From: Macrostomum lignano
Taxonomy: Eukaryota
Assembly: GCA_002269645.1 (NCBI GenBank)
Contig: NIVC01000884.1
Span: 186,001-250,000 of the forward strand
DNA length: 64,000 bases
Direction: 5' to 3'
Shown here: piece after piece, positions 1 to 12,115 of the stretch
Numbering within the stretch: position 1 is the stretch's first letter
Layout of the letters: each line of letters opens with the position of its first letter
Notes under the pieces: model-generated
What the model saw: only the letters and a program-made list of their open reading frames with translations
Told to the model about the DNA's origin: nothing
Databases searched by the model: none
Program-made: the position numbers and the translations under genes

Positions 1-429
1 AATTATGAAACAACAGAATTTATTTCTAGGCGCGACATAACTATAATATTATATAATTTTATCATTTATTAAGAGATAGTTATACGATGAACAAGGTCAT
101 TTCAGCAAAAGCGCTCATGCACATTATTTTAAGTCCCTAAGTTAAAAATTTGCTAACTGTACTTGTGTCAAAAAGAAAAAACGTTTCTGTTTAACAATAT
201 AATCTGTGTATATTTATATTACTTAATAACAAACCAAAAGTTTACCTTAATCATATATTACCTATATTCATTGGATATTTTGTTTACAATCAGATATTCT
301 TCGGATTTAGGCTTGTCACTTGTCAAGTTATCGCGGCATGCAATCGAAACAGTCACTCATATCTTTATCTTTTATAGTTAAATCTACAGGAATAATCCCC
401 ATAACTTTTTCATAAAAATTTATGAAATT

Positions 430-2404
430 TCAACCTGCCAAGCTTAAAGGACGAATATAGTCTGACGCGGATAAGATTTTGGAAGCTCTGAAGGCTTTAT
501 AGTCGCTGAGATCAACGAACTTTATGAGAGAAGATAATTCTGGCTAAGAAGCCAACGCCCAGATGAGTGTTTCTCAGACTGGTTCGTCTGCCTGAAAGAA
601 TTGGCCACCAAGTGCAACTTGGGCAGATGTTGCGACAACTGCGCGAAATTCATGCTTCGGACAGGATCGTCACTGGCACGCGCGACACCAGCGTCGTCGA
701 GAAGCTTCTTGAATGAATGAATGCCCTGAGAGGCAAATCGGCGTTCAGGGACGAGGTCCGCGACGAGAGCAGCGCAGCAAATCAACTCAACGAGTGACAC
801 AATGCTCATTTTGCGGGAAGCAGCACGCTCCCACCAGACAGAATTGCCCAGCGTTCGGCAAAGAGTGTAAGAAGTGCGGGAGGAAGAATCACTTCGCGCA
901 AGTTTGCAAGTCAACGACAGAAAGGACGAGCAAGCCGAAGAACTTCTCACAAGCACAAGGCAACACAATCGCCTCAGTGATCTCAACGGTTAACGATGCG
1001 CTTGAGAAGATTGAAGTGACAGTGATAACAGGAAAGGGCACATGTCGAATGCCGATGCGACCGGACACTGGTCCAGTATAGACGCGATCCCAGCAGCCGA
1101 GTTGCCAAAGCTGAAGATCAAAGCAAAAGAGCTGGCAATGTCTATGGTAGTACCCACATGAGTCGATGGAAGACCAATTGAGAACTTGGGAACTACAAAA
1201 GTACTTCTGAAACTGGGCGACAAAGTGCTAGAGAAGGAGATTCTTGTACTGCAGAAGAATATCTCTGGAGCAATTCTATCCCGACAGACCTGCAAGCAGT
1301 TCGCGCTGATCCCACAAGAATTCCCTCACTATATGCACATGCACCAGATAACCGGAAACAGCACACCAAGTCACGGTACCGATGCCGAGCAACTAATGTC
1401 CGAATACCCAGAGCTGTTCAAAGGTCAAGAGATGCACATGCCCTGAGAGGAATTCAAAATTAAACTAAAGACAATGACGAACCATTTGCCATCTCATGTC
1501 CAAGAAAGATCGCTGAACCCCTGAAGGACAAGCTGAAGGCCGAGTTGAACGAACTGGAGGAACAGGGCATTATTGAACGCATCACCGAGCCGACAGAGTG
1601 GTGCGCCCCAATTACAGTTTAAAATAAGAAGGAATACGGAAAGATCCGACTCATGCGTCGATTTGAGGAACCTCAACAAATACGTGGTGCGTGAACGCTA
1701 CATGAGCAGTATACCACTTGAAATCGTCTCGAGATTACCACCAGGAGCAAGATTATTTACGAAGGTTGACGCTCTCAAAGGCTACCATCAAATCCCACTC
1801 GCAAAAGAATCACAGAACCTGACTACATTCATAACACCCTTCGGAAATATAGGTACAAGCGCGCCCCATTCGGAATCAGCTCGATCTGCGAACACTACAA
1901 CAGAAGAATCGATGAAGCTCTCGAAGGTATGGAAAACGCCTACCATGTAGTGGACGACATTTTAATTGCTCACTCGGACAAAGGGAAGCACATGGAAGCT
2001 GTCAGACAGTTCTTAGACAGATGCAAGAAGTTCAGAATTGCACTGAACCCCAAAAAAATTTATCGTTGCGCAGCCTACAATCACATTCGCTGGATTCCGG
2101 CTCGATCACGATGGCTACTCTATCGATCCTGAGATATCAAATGCGATCCGAGAGTTCCCGACGCCAAGAAACTTAACAGATCTGCGATCCTGGTTTGGAT
2201 TGATCAACCAGATCGGATCATTCAGCAAAGCGGTTGCTGAGCAGTCACAACCGTTGCGCGACCTACTCAAGGGCAAAGAATTAGCTTCTGTTCCTACACT
2301 GGCGTATTATGATTCAAGCAGACCTACGGCGCTACACACAGATGCGTCAAGACTCAAAGGTCTTGGTTTCCTGCAAAAACAGAGGCAGCGCGATGGCGCA
2401 TGGA
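430..2404 (+). mobile_element. Ty3/gypsy LTR retrotransposon, 5' part (gag, protease, RT, start of RNase H); frameshifted
   Basis: Gag-like text and CCHC-type knuckles (CSFCGKQH..NCPAFGKECKKCGRKNHFAQVC, 713-1081); protease DTG near 1065; RT motifs CVDLRNLNK, KVDALKGYHQIPL, TTFITPFG, VDDILI; RNase H start ALHTDAS..GLG. Several frameshifts. No 5' LTR seen in 1-430; the left boundary is approximate. Confidence 0.9.
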
Positions 2405-2504
2405 CTTTGACTTACTTTGACTTAGCTGCAGGGCTGTCCCGGAGGGGACACAGCGGGAAGGCGCGGGCGCCCATTCCGCTAGTCCCTGAACGGCCGACAC
2501 GTCG

Positions 2505-5500
2505 CTATGGACGGAGGGTTGGCGCCGCCCAGGGAGGTCCCCCAGTGTCGCCAGCAGCTATAGTGCTCTCTGGAAAGGAGAGTTCAGCCCTGCGGGTGGC
2601 CCGAAGGTAGCGCATGAGCTGATTAAAGTTTTCGGGTTTGCACGCTTCAGTAATAGATGTGTGTGGCCCGAGGTAAGTGAGTCTGGCCCGCGTGAAGGCG
2701 GGACAGATGCTGACGAAATGCTCAGCGGTTTCGTCACCTGAGTTGCAGAAACTACAGGCGGCGTTGATGGCGTTGCCCTGCAGGTACTGGTGCCTGGAGA
2801 AGCAGCCGTGACCAGAGAGGGTCATGATGGCAGCCCGGATGTCTCTGCGCGAGAGGCGCAAGAGGAGCTTCCGGAGCTGGTGAGAGGGCTGAGGGACAGC
2901 GCCTCTGGATTGCCTGCAGTTCGTGCGGTTCGCCCAAGTCGAGCGGTGCTGAGTCCTGATCCACGCTTTAATGCGCGAGTCGATGACACAGCCAGGAATC
3001 GGGACAAGAGGTTCGGGGCCGAGAGAGGAGCCGGAGGCACCAACTTTTGCAAGGGTGTCAGCCAGCTCATTTCCTCGGATCCCCACGTGCCCCGGAACCC
3101 ACTTAAGGGTAATTTTGTTGGCGGAACCCAACACGTTGAGAAGTTTGATACAGTCGAGGACTGTAGCAGAGTTGGTGCTGCAGCCACTGATGGCGTGCAA
3201 GGCAGCTTGGCTGTCCGAATGGAAAATGATGTTCTTACCAGTAACGCCAGTGGCGAGAAGCTCTGCAGTGCAGGAGCTGATGGCCAGACTTCATTTTGGA
3301 AAACACTGGAGTTGACCCCAGTGTATTGAGCGTGGGTAGCGATGACCCTCCCGTTCAGAAAGATTCCAACACCAAAGCCGGTGTTGGCTGACTGCTTAGA
3401 ACCGTCGGTGTAGCAATGAAGCTCACCAAGGTTCCATTGGTCATTGATGTTATCGCGCGAGTCGATAGCTACGGAGTAGCGCTGTCTCAGGTTGAGCGTT
3501 GAGGCAATGCGATCGGTGAAGACGCGATTGGCCTGACACTCGTTGAGAAAGTTGAGGCACAGGTCGCTATGCGGGACAAGGTTCCGCTTAGCAGGTGCTC
3601 TCATGTAAATAAATTTGACGCCGGCATCAATTAGACGCCGCGTCGTTCTAGCCGCCTCACCCCTGACGAAGAGGTCAAGAGGCGGTAGATTAAGGAAGGC
3701 CCCCATGCCAGCAAAGGGCGTGGACCTGGTGGCGTTGCAGATGAGCCTACACGCTCTGCCTTGGATCGTGTTGAGCAGGTCTGCATGGCTTTTGACCTGG
3801 GTAGCGCTAACCCAGACAACAGAGGCGTACGTAATGGCAGGTCTAACTACGGAAGTATAGATCCACCAAAGCCGCTTTGGGGATAGACCCCAAGAAGTGC
3901 CAAGTGCTCGTCGGAGCTGGGCCAGGATAGCTGAGGCACGCTTGGCTTTTGCTTTCACGTGGAAGGACCAGTTGAGCCGGTGGTCAAGTGTGACCCCGAG
4001 ACATCTGGTCTGGTGCGCGAAGGCAATATCTCTGCCGTAGAGCTGCAGAGGACGCATGTTCCAGCGTAGTCTGCTGGTAAACATAATGGCAACGGTTTTG
4101 GGCTCAGAGAGTTCCAGACCATTGTCATTGGCCCAGGATTCTGCTTTGCGGATAAAGCTCTGCATCAGATCCCTGAGCGTGCTGGGAGACGGTCCTGCCA
4201 CAATGGCCGTGACGTCATCAGCATACCCGACTTTGAAGACGGGGTCGGGTCGGGAGTCACTCAGAAGAGCGTCCATGACCAGGTTCCAGAGCGTCGGGGT
4301 GAGGACTCCGCCTTGGGGTCCACCCTTACAGACTCTGGTGGAGGCAGTTTGCCCAAGAAGTTGGGCAGTGACCGTACGGTTGGAGATCATGTACATGATC
4401 CACCGTATGAGGGTAGCATGAGCTTTGCGATTTTGAAGGGCCCTCTGAAACGCTTCAAAGATAACGTTGTCGAAGGCGCCAACAATGTCAAGAAAAGAGC
4501 CAGGGCGTAACCGTCACCCAGTACCGCCCGTTCAATCTTCTCGACAATCGCATGCAGGGCGCTGTCAGTCGACCTCCCGGTACGGAAGGCGTGCTGATTA
4601 TTGCTGAGGGGCATCGCTGTCAGCTCGCAGGAGAGCAGCCGCCAGAGAATAAGCCTCTCAGTGAGCTTAAGCATTGCTGACGTTAAGCTAATTGGCCGGA
4701 AGGCCTTGACGCTTTGGTAGTCACCCTTCCCAGGTTTGGGAATAAAGACTACCCGAGCTTCAGTCCAGCATTTGGGAACGTATCCCAGCTGGATAGAGGC
4801 CCGCATAAGATTGCGGGTGAGTCTCAGGAACGAGGGTATCTTGGCTGCTTCACAAAGGAGAACAGGGTAGATACCATCAGGTCCATGAGATTTGAAGGGT
4901 TTGAAGGTTCTGACCGCACGAGCGATTAGGTCTTCAGTGACAATGCCCGCCGCTAGGGTGGCTCCATCCATCGAATGGTTGGGCTCCGGTCTAGCAGTAG
5001 GTACCCTCGGGAAGAATGTGCTGAGCATATGCTGAACCACTTCTTCAGGGTCTTTAGTAAGAGAGCCATCATCTTTTTTGATCATGGCTAATTTGGACAT
5101 TTTGTCCATTGTAAGGGCCTTGACAAGCCTAGAAGTAGGTCTGTCTTGATCCAATTCATTGCAGAATTGGCGCCACTTACATTCCTTGGCCTTGCGCACT
5201 TCAGATTTGAAATTGCGGGAGGCTTGCCGGAAAAGCTCCATGTCCTCCGGGTTTCCGGTCTTCATGGCACGGCGATGAAGGCTTTTGGCCTTCCGCCTGA
5301 GTTTCCCCAGCTCCGGGTTCCACCACGGCGCCGAGGTCTTGCCTTTGTAGGCGCGAGCAGGACAAGCCGCTTCGTAGGCTTCAATAATGCAACCTGCAGC
5401 GTCTCAGCCATATGATCCACATCCTCGCAGGTCTCAATCGGACGTAAGTCCGTGAGTTCCTGCAGGTGCAGATCAAGGGCAGCCTTGTAGGCCGCCCAAT

Positions 5501-6240
5501 CAGTGTTGCGGATATTGCGCCTCCAAGTGATCGGAGACTGGGTTTTAGTGTCCGCGAGGTTAAAGGCGATAAAGCAGTGGTCAGACATGGAGGGCTCCTA
5601 AGACCAGACTCTCCACTCCTCAACTCTGTCAAAGAGTCTTGGGGTAACGAGTGTGGCGTCGAGGACCTCGGTCCATCTGCCATTATTAAAGGTAGGAGTG
5701 CTGCCGCGGTTGCAGAGCATGAGGTTTGTGTTAGAGATGAGGGCCAGAAGCTCCTCTCCTCTAGTGTTGGTATCTTTGCTGCCCCAGTGCTTGTGATGCG
5801 CGTTGAGGTCGCCCCCTAAGCACAGCTCAGCGTTCTGGGACTCGCAGTACTGCGCAAGGCGCAGTAAACTCTCGGGAGCAGGATCTGTCGCCTGGGATAT
5901 AAACCGAGGCAACAAGACACGTACGCTGAGAGAAATGATTAGATTGGATGACGCAAAGGTCTCCATCAGAGAGATCAGTCCTCAGCCAAGCCTGGAGATG
6001 GCTAGCAGCGAGGATAGCCGCTCTAGGGCGGCTGTTCCTCGGGCCACACACATAAAAATCAGAGTAGCCAGAGGGAATGTTGGGCAACTTACCGTTGCGC
6101 ATCCAGGGTTCCTGGATCAGGATGAGGCCTGGCCTGTACAGCTCAGCAATCTTCATCAGATTTACTGACGCAGATACGCAATGCTGTAAATTAATTTGCA
6201 GACAGAATGTCGCTCCTTTGGCAGCGTGGAGCTTAGTCAT
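2505..6240 (-). pseudogene. LINE ORF2 (APE endonuclease, RT, RNase H, C-terminal CCHC), disrupted
   Basis: APE motifs LQINLQH, IQEPW, GDLNAHH, SDH; RT motifs GPDGI, FRPISL, PQGGVL, YADD; RNase H YTDGSK, WVPGHVGIRGNELAD; CSFC..ETAEHFVSIC. Four frameshifts (about 5890, 5385, 4495, 3290) and one in-frame TAG (5598-5600). Confidence 0.9.
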
Positions 6241-6263
6241 ACTGTATTAAATGCAGTGTCTGG

Positions 6264-7961
6264 CTAGAGCCCAGGGCCATCAAGGAGACTTGGACAACAG
6301 ATCGTCCTTGTCCCAGGCCGCTGGGGCTTGACTGGGAGATGGGAGTTGGTCGACGTCCATGGCCTCCTCACCCCCACCGGCCCCCCAGCAGAATCCTCAG
6401 GCTCCGACGACACGATGGAGGAAGCTTCCTCATCTGCATCTTTGCCTTCAGACCCCACCAGGGTGGCCGAGGAGAGCTCGGATTCCGAAGACCCGGCCTC
6501 GTCCTCAACTCCTTCTCCGACTGGCAGATTTGGTTCCCGGGGCTTGGCCGGAGCCGTTACCGCGGTCGCCGAACTGCTGCTAGCAGAGGGGCGAGACACA
6601 GCTTTGGCTTTGGGATCGGCTTGCGCCTTTCCTTGGGCCTTAGACTGCGCCCCGCTCTTGCCGGAGATGCCGGGGTTGGCAGTAGCCTTCCCTTTGGCAG
6701 ACTTTCCTCGGCGCATCTTGAGCTTGAGAGCACCCAGCTGGAAAGAGGATCCATTAGGGTACCGACTCGCCCAAGTGCTGGAAAGGCCGAGGACAATTGA
6801 GTTGCCCGTCTCCCCCCTGCGGACTTTACGGTGATACACCAGTCCACTAGCAGGGAGGTCGGGGTTCAGACGCAGTAGGACCCGGCGAATAACGTCTGGT
6901 CCAGCTGCGGTGCTCTTAGCAGGGACGAAAACCACATAGGGTATCGTCTTTGGACGCTGGCCCTCGCGAAGAAAAAGAGCTCCGCCAAGGTCAGCATCCA
7001 AGGAGACCGTCGGTAGCCGCTGGAGCAGCTGCCGAGCGTCCTCCTCGCTGCTAGGAGCAATAAGAACGAATGTGCTTCGCAGCACCATCCGCTCAATGCC
7101 GATGGAGATTCCCTCCTCGACAGTCAGCTCAATCAGATAGGAGTCAACAGCACTCCACACTTTTTGAAGCTGATCAGTGGTCCAGTCCTGGTCGCGACCT
7201 TGGATGATCACTCCCGGGATTTTGGCCTTGGCCTTCGCCGCAAAGGTAGCTCCCGAAGGAACCTCCTTGTTGGCAGTGGCCATTTGTTGCGCCGTGGTTT
7301 CGGCCTCAGCAGCCGCGGCAGCAGCTCCAGGGAGCGCCGCCGCTGAACTACTGGAGCTTCCACCGGCCGGCCCGCCTGGTTGCCTTGGGACTCCAGTCGC
7401 TTCAGCATCCATGGTGGACGCCGCCGCTTTGGCCCCCGCAGCTCCCTTCTTGGCCTGCCTTTTGGCGCGTTGTTTAGCGCGTTTGCGCTCAAGCCGAGCC
7501 CGCTGAGCTTCATCGGATCTGCCAGATTTGGCCGGTCCTTTAGGCTCAGAGCTCGCGGTTCCCTTAGATCCACCAGCGGAGCTGGCAGGTCTTTGGGTAT
7601 TTTGAGTTTGGTAGCTCTGGTCGGATCTGCCAGCAGAGCCAGCCGGTCCTTCCTTTGCCACAGTTGAATCAGTCGGTTGGGATCTGCCAGCAGGGCCGGC
7701 CGGTCCTTCGGACTGAGGTTGGAGTTTAGAAGGGTCCCCGTCCCAAGAATAAGCTTGATTATCCATAGACGGCTCGAAGGCCATGATAAAAGGTTGGTGG
7801 GCTACCCTCAAAGGGGCGCGGTACCCACCCGGCCGCTCCACCTGACCGGGCAGTAGGCCAATAGAACCCTCAAGGCTGGCCCGACACCAGGAGGGGGACC
7901 GCTTGCGACCGGACAACTCCCCGGCCTTCCAGCCCATCGGCACGGTCAACACCTTAGGCAT
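6264..7961 (-). CDS. LINE ORF1 (gag-like, up to 565 aa), intact
   Basis: Uninterrupted ORF with low-complexity termini and a central domain (YVVFVP...LLRLNPDLP...IVLGL...FQLG) resembling LOA/R1 ORF1; no CCHC knuckle seen. The true start Met is uncertain. Confidence 0.8.
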   Translation of the reverse strand: MPKVLTVPMGWKAGELSGRKRSPSWCRASLEGSIGLLPGQVERPGGYRAPLRVAHQPFIMAFEPSMDNQAYSWDGDPSKLQPQSEGPAGPAGRSQPTDSTVAKEGPAGSAGRSDQSYQTQNTQRPASSAGGSKGTASSEPKGPAKSGRSDEAQRARLERKRAKQRAKRQAKKGAAGAKAAASTMDAEATGVPRQPGGPAGGSSSSSAAALPGAAAAAAEAETTAQQMATANKEVPSGATFAAKAKAKIPGVIIQGRDQDWTTDQLQKVWSAVDSYLIELTVEEGISIGIERMVLRSTFVLIAPSSEEDARQLLQRLPTVSLDADLGGALFLREGQRPKTIPYVVFVPAKSTAAGPDVIRRVLLRLNPDLPASGLVYHRKVRRGETGNSIVLGLSSTWASRYPNGSSFQLGALKLKMRRGKSAKGKATANPGISGKSGAQSKAQGKAQADPKAKAVSRPSASSSSATAVTAPAKPREPNLPVGEGVEDEAGSSESELSSATLVGSEGKDADEEASSIVSSEPEDSAGGPVGVRRPWTSTNSHLPVKPQRPGTRTICCPSLLDGPGL

Positions 7962-8062
7962 TAGAGAGTACGTTGAGCAGTACCATGGCCTGCAGGTTGG
8001 CGAGCCAGACCCGCATACCCAAATTCGGCCGAAGCCACTGGATAGGGTCGTCAGCGCCGGAG

Positions 8063-8302
8063 CCCAGTCTGTCCAGCAGCCCTAGGGTCTGCCTTGAACA
8101 CACGCGGGGACGAGTACCCTGGGTCGACTTGCGAGACAGCGTGGGGGGGGGTCTGCGGCTGCCGGAGGCAAATAGAGGGTGCAGACCTCCCACCAGCCTT
8201 GACCTGCCAAAGATAGGGGCAGGCGTGAAGCATCGCAGACCTTAGCCCAAAGGCCTGGTCTGTCTCATACTTCACTGGCATGCTGAATACGCCTTCGCGT
8301 GC
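8063..8302 (-). ncRNA. Putative HDV-like self-cleaving ribozyme at the LINE 5' end
   Basis: P1 GCACGCG (8302-8296) / CGCGUGU (8106-8100) with G1-U wobble; P3 GGG/CCC around L3 UACUCGU; J1/4 GU complementary to L3 AC (P1.1); P4 hairpin; short P2 CCCA/UGGG; long hairpin-rich J1/2. Confidence 0.7.
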
Positions 8303-10055
8303 TGGCGCATGGAAGCCTGTACAAGCTGGATAAAGATTTCTCTCTGCTGCAGAAAGCAGGTACGCGATGATCGAATTGGAATTATTAGCTGTTGCCTGGG
8401 CCGCTAAGAAGTGCCACCTCTTCCTGGAAGGACTGCATCACTTTGAAATAGTGATCGACCACAAGCCATTGGAGCCCATTTTAAACGATTACACCCTGGA
8501 CCAAGTCGACAACCCGAGAATTCAGCGGCTGCGGCAAAAGCTCGACCGATTCTGCTTCACAGCTCGGTGGATCAAGGGCAAGCTAAATGAATACGCCGAC
8601 GCACTGTCCAGAGCGCCGGTGGAGGAGCCTAAAGCGAGCGATCAGATCCTGGAATTCGACAACAGGGAGCAGGCTATCAGCTCAGTGCACGCTCTAGATG
8701 GTTTTCCAAACTGCAAGGCGAACCTCCAAGAGAACATCCGTGCGTACTGGCACCTATGGCAACAACTCTGCGTCTGCGTCGAAGACGACCTCGTCCTGGG
8801 TACTGATCCCGGCTACTGATCCCTAGGAAGCTAAGGAGAAGCGTCCTCGAAAATCTACTGAAGATGCATCAAGGATGCCACAAAATGCCAAACCATGCCA
8901 AGAAAATCTTCCTAGCCTGGCGAAGGAACCCATGGTCGTTCGAGAGCCACCGGAATGAGTCTTCCAAGAGATCTACGCGGATCTATTTGAATATGCAAGG
9001 AAGAACTTCCTTGTCATCGTCGATGGCCTATCCGGTTGGGCAGCTCTCAACTACCTTGGCGATGATAAACCCGCAACCATAGTCGTCAGTGCTATCCGAC
9101 AGAGATTCGTCGAGAAATCGGTCCCCGATATTTTCTGGTCAGACGGCGGTCCACAATTCAGCGCAAAAATTTTCTAGGATTTCCTAGCAGCTGGAACGTC
9201 GAACACCGAGTATTGTCTCCACATTATCCACAGAGCAACGGACGTGCCAAAACAGGGCCGTGAAAGAAATGAAGAAGATCGACAGAGGATCTTGGAACCA
9301 TCAGACTGGCACGCTGGACTGGGAGAAACAGTCACAAGGTCTCTTGGTCTATCTCAACACTCCAAGATACGACGGCAAGTCCCCAGCTCAAACAGTGTTC
9401 GGCCACCCAATTCGTGACACAATTCCGGCACACAGAAGAGCGTTCGCACCTGAATGGCAAAAATCTGCAGATGAGATCGAGGAGAAGCAGACTAGAGTCA
9501 AGGCGACTACGGAGAAATACTACAACCAAGACGCTCAGCCCCTGCCGGACATCAAAGTACATGACAGAGTGGTGGTTCAGGACTGTCGCACCGGAAGGTG
9601 GGACAAGTACGGCGTGATCGTGGAAGCCGGACGGAACCGAGATTTCATGATTCGACTGGCGAGCGGGAGATGTCTACGGCGGAACTGCAAGTTCATCAGG
9701 AAGCGGATCCCAGTCAGCCCATTCAAGGCCAAGGAGACCGCCGCGGACGGTGCTACTGAGCAAGGCATGCCTGGAGCATCCAGAGGGTCGGCTGAGCCAA
9801 GGAGGACCCGATTCGGTCGAGAGAATAAGAAACCTCAGAGGCTACAGCTTGACGCTAGGAGGAAAACCTTCAAACCTTGAAAACCTTGATAGTTGAACTT
9901 TGAAAGGGGAGATGGTGTATCTCCAGCCTTAGTTGTGTGGCTTTGGCCATAGACAATTATACGCGTGACTGTAACCGTATGCAAATATACTGAAGATGGC
10001 CACCGCGACTGAGCGGATTATTCAGCTAAACCGATTATCTATTAGAGATACAACA
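8303..10055 (+). mobile_element. Ty3/gypsy LTR retrotransposon, 3' part (rest of RNase H, integrase, PPT, 3' LTR)
   Basis: Resumes the RNase H broken at 2404: AESRYAMIELELLAVAW, DHKPL, NEYADALSR; integrase motifs SDGGPQF and SPHYPQSNG (about 9130-9240); frameshifts and stops. Confidence 0.9.
9913..10055 (+). repeat. 3' LTR (143 bp) of the gypsy element
   Basis: Preceded by polypurine tract GAAAGGGGAGA (9902-9912); starts TGGTGTATCTC and ends GAGATACAACA, an 11-bp terminal inverted repeat with 1 mismatch and TG...CA ends. Confidence 0.75.
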
Positions 10056-10331
10056 TACATAATGCAAGTATTGTTAAGCAGTTAATTAAATTTACACTTG
10101 GTGGTACTGCGTCGACAGCAGCAAGAAACAAGTGGTCCCGATAATTTGCTATGTAAATTTTCTGTATATGAAGTACGTTTATCAAATCGTCAATTAAAGT
10201 TCAGGAAAGAAATGTGCACACTACGCATGCATCCCGTCCATGCGCATGCGCACGTCCATACGCATGCATCGTCCATTTATTTTAAACAGTGTACATGCAT
10301 GTACAATTTACACGTAAATTTCAAGAACAAG

Positions 10332-11135
10332 TACGATACGTTTCTTAGAAAAAATTAGGGGACAGGTTTTACAGAAAGGTATATTAAGGAGAATTGGGAT
10401 TTCTTTTTTTAGCACAAAAATTGTTATTGCTTTTGACAGGAGTATGTACCGTACATGCATGTATTATTTTGCCTTTCTTACAGCTTTATTGATTTTCATA
10501 GAGTTTTTGGTTTAGAAAATTAGGATTCTAGCATGCTAATTTTATAATACAGTGGGCATTTGTAGCTGTGTAACATGTATTGGATTTTGAAGCTTGCGCT
10601 TCCACTGTCTGTTCTTTTTTGAAAACATTGGAGAGCATACAGGTGGGGCCGAAAATCTGTTACGCCTTGCGCCTAGGCTAAGTAGAACAAATATGGGCAG
10701 CCAGATTACACACAGGTTTTGGCTGCCCAGTCCCAGTCCTTGGACTCAACAGCCGTACGCAGCCTTCAGATGCGCCGCGCAACGACTGAGCTGTTATTGC
10801 GGTTGCACATCTGCCCTATTAGTATCGGCCAAAAGTCCCTGGACCTCAGCCCATGCGACCTCTTCCTCTTCCCCGCATCAAAAAGTCCTTGTTGCAAGCT
10901 GGTGCCAGCACTTCAGCATGGAGGAGGAGGTGAACTGGGTCCTTATAAGGCGGGAATGATGGCTGTGACGAGCTGTGATTAGCTCCGTTTCCGTGGTGGC
11001 CTTCCCTCCGATCCACGTAGCCTTCCTTCGTGTCGCTTCTCCCGCAAGCGTCCGTTTGCACTTTTCTACAAATGCGTGAATCTTCTGAAATTTTTCAGAA
11101 ATAGCGTAATTCTTCTGCAACGTATAAAGTTCGTA
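10332..11135 (+). mobile_element. Degenerate Tc1/mariner-like remnant
   Basis: Translation near 10770-10880 gives ATTELLLRLHI...SLDLSPCDLFLFP, resembling the mariner SPDLAPCDFFLFP motif; weak TACGA.../...TCGTA terminal similarity. Confidence 0.45.
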
Positions 11136-11400
11136 CTACAGGTAAGTGTAAATGTAGTAATTGAGGACGACTAAAGTAATAAGAGGCGACACTAGTCTTT
11201 TATTTACTGGAAATTTTATATAAACCCGTTTAGGACTAAAAATACACTACACTGTATATTGAAGAAAGAATATCTGCCAGCTCCATATGGCGTGACTTAA
11301 GTTTCGCCAGTTTAATTTTATCAAAGAAACGTTTCAAGCAAATAATAATTGCATGAAGTATTAGTGTACCTAGCCAGCAGTAACGCACTACGTTAACGTG

Positions 11401-12115
11401 ATAAGTCAGTGCCAGTCACTCCAATCTCAATCTACAGTCGATGAAAGTCACTCCAATCTCAATCTACAGTCAGTGCCAGTCACTCTGATCTCAATCTTCA
11501 GTCAGTGTCAGTCACTCCAATCTCAATCTACAGTCAGTGCCAGTCACTCCAATCTCAATCTACAGTCGATGAAAGTCACTCCAATCTCAATCTACAGTCA
11601 GTGCCAGTCACTCTGATCTCAATCTTCAGTCAGTGTCAGTCACTCCAATCTCAATCTACAGTCAGTGCCAGTCACTCCAATCTCAATCTATAGTCAGTTC
11701 CAGTCACTCCGATCTCAATCTATAGTCAGTGCCAGTCACTCCGATCTCAATCTATAGTCAGTGCCAGTCACTCCAATCTCAATCTATAGTCAGTGCCAGT
11801 CACTCTGATCTCAATCTTCAGTCAGTAAAAGTCACTCCGATCTCAATCTACAGTCAGTGCCAGTCACTATAATCTCAATCTACAGTCAGTGCCAGTCACT
11901 CCAATCTCAATCTATAGTCAGTGAAACTCACTCCAATCTCAATCTATAGTCAGTGCCAGTCACTCTGATCTCAATCTTCAGTCAGTGTCAGTCACTCCAA
12001 TCTCAATCTACAGTCGATGAAAGCCACTCCAATCTCAATCTACAGTCAGTAAAAGTCACTCCGATCTCAATCTACAGTCAGTGCCAGTCACTCTAATCTC
12101 AATCTACAGTCAGTG
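11401..12115. repeat. 32-bp satellite array, left part
   Basis: Unit CAGTCAGTGCCAGTCACTCCAATCTCAATCTA with GAAA variants; continues at 18517 after the P-element. Confidence 0.97.

Larger units (their letters stand above)
2405..8302 (-). mobile_element. Full-length non-LTR retrotransposon (LINE), LOA/R1-type with RNase H
   Basis: Flanked by 11-bp TSD TGGCGCATGGA (2394-2404 and 8303-8313); 3' tail of short tandem repeat (TAAGTCAAAG)x2; ORF1 plus APE-RT-RNase H ORF2. Clade assignment is from domain order and motifs only. Confidence 0.93.

Noticed and set aside
1-430. 5' LTR or PBS of the gypsy element
   Set aside because: No match to the 9913-10055 LTR; AT-rich unrelated sequence.
2752-7667. 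Many plus-strand and alternative-frame ORFs within the LINE
   Set aside because: Antisense shadows of GC-rich ORF1/ORF2 with no recognisable motifs.
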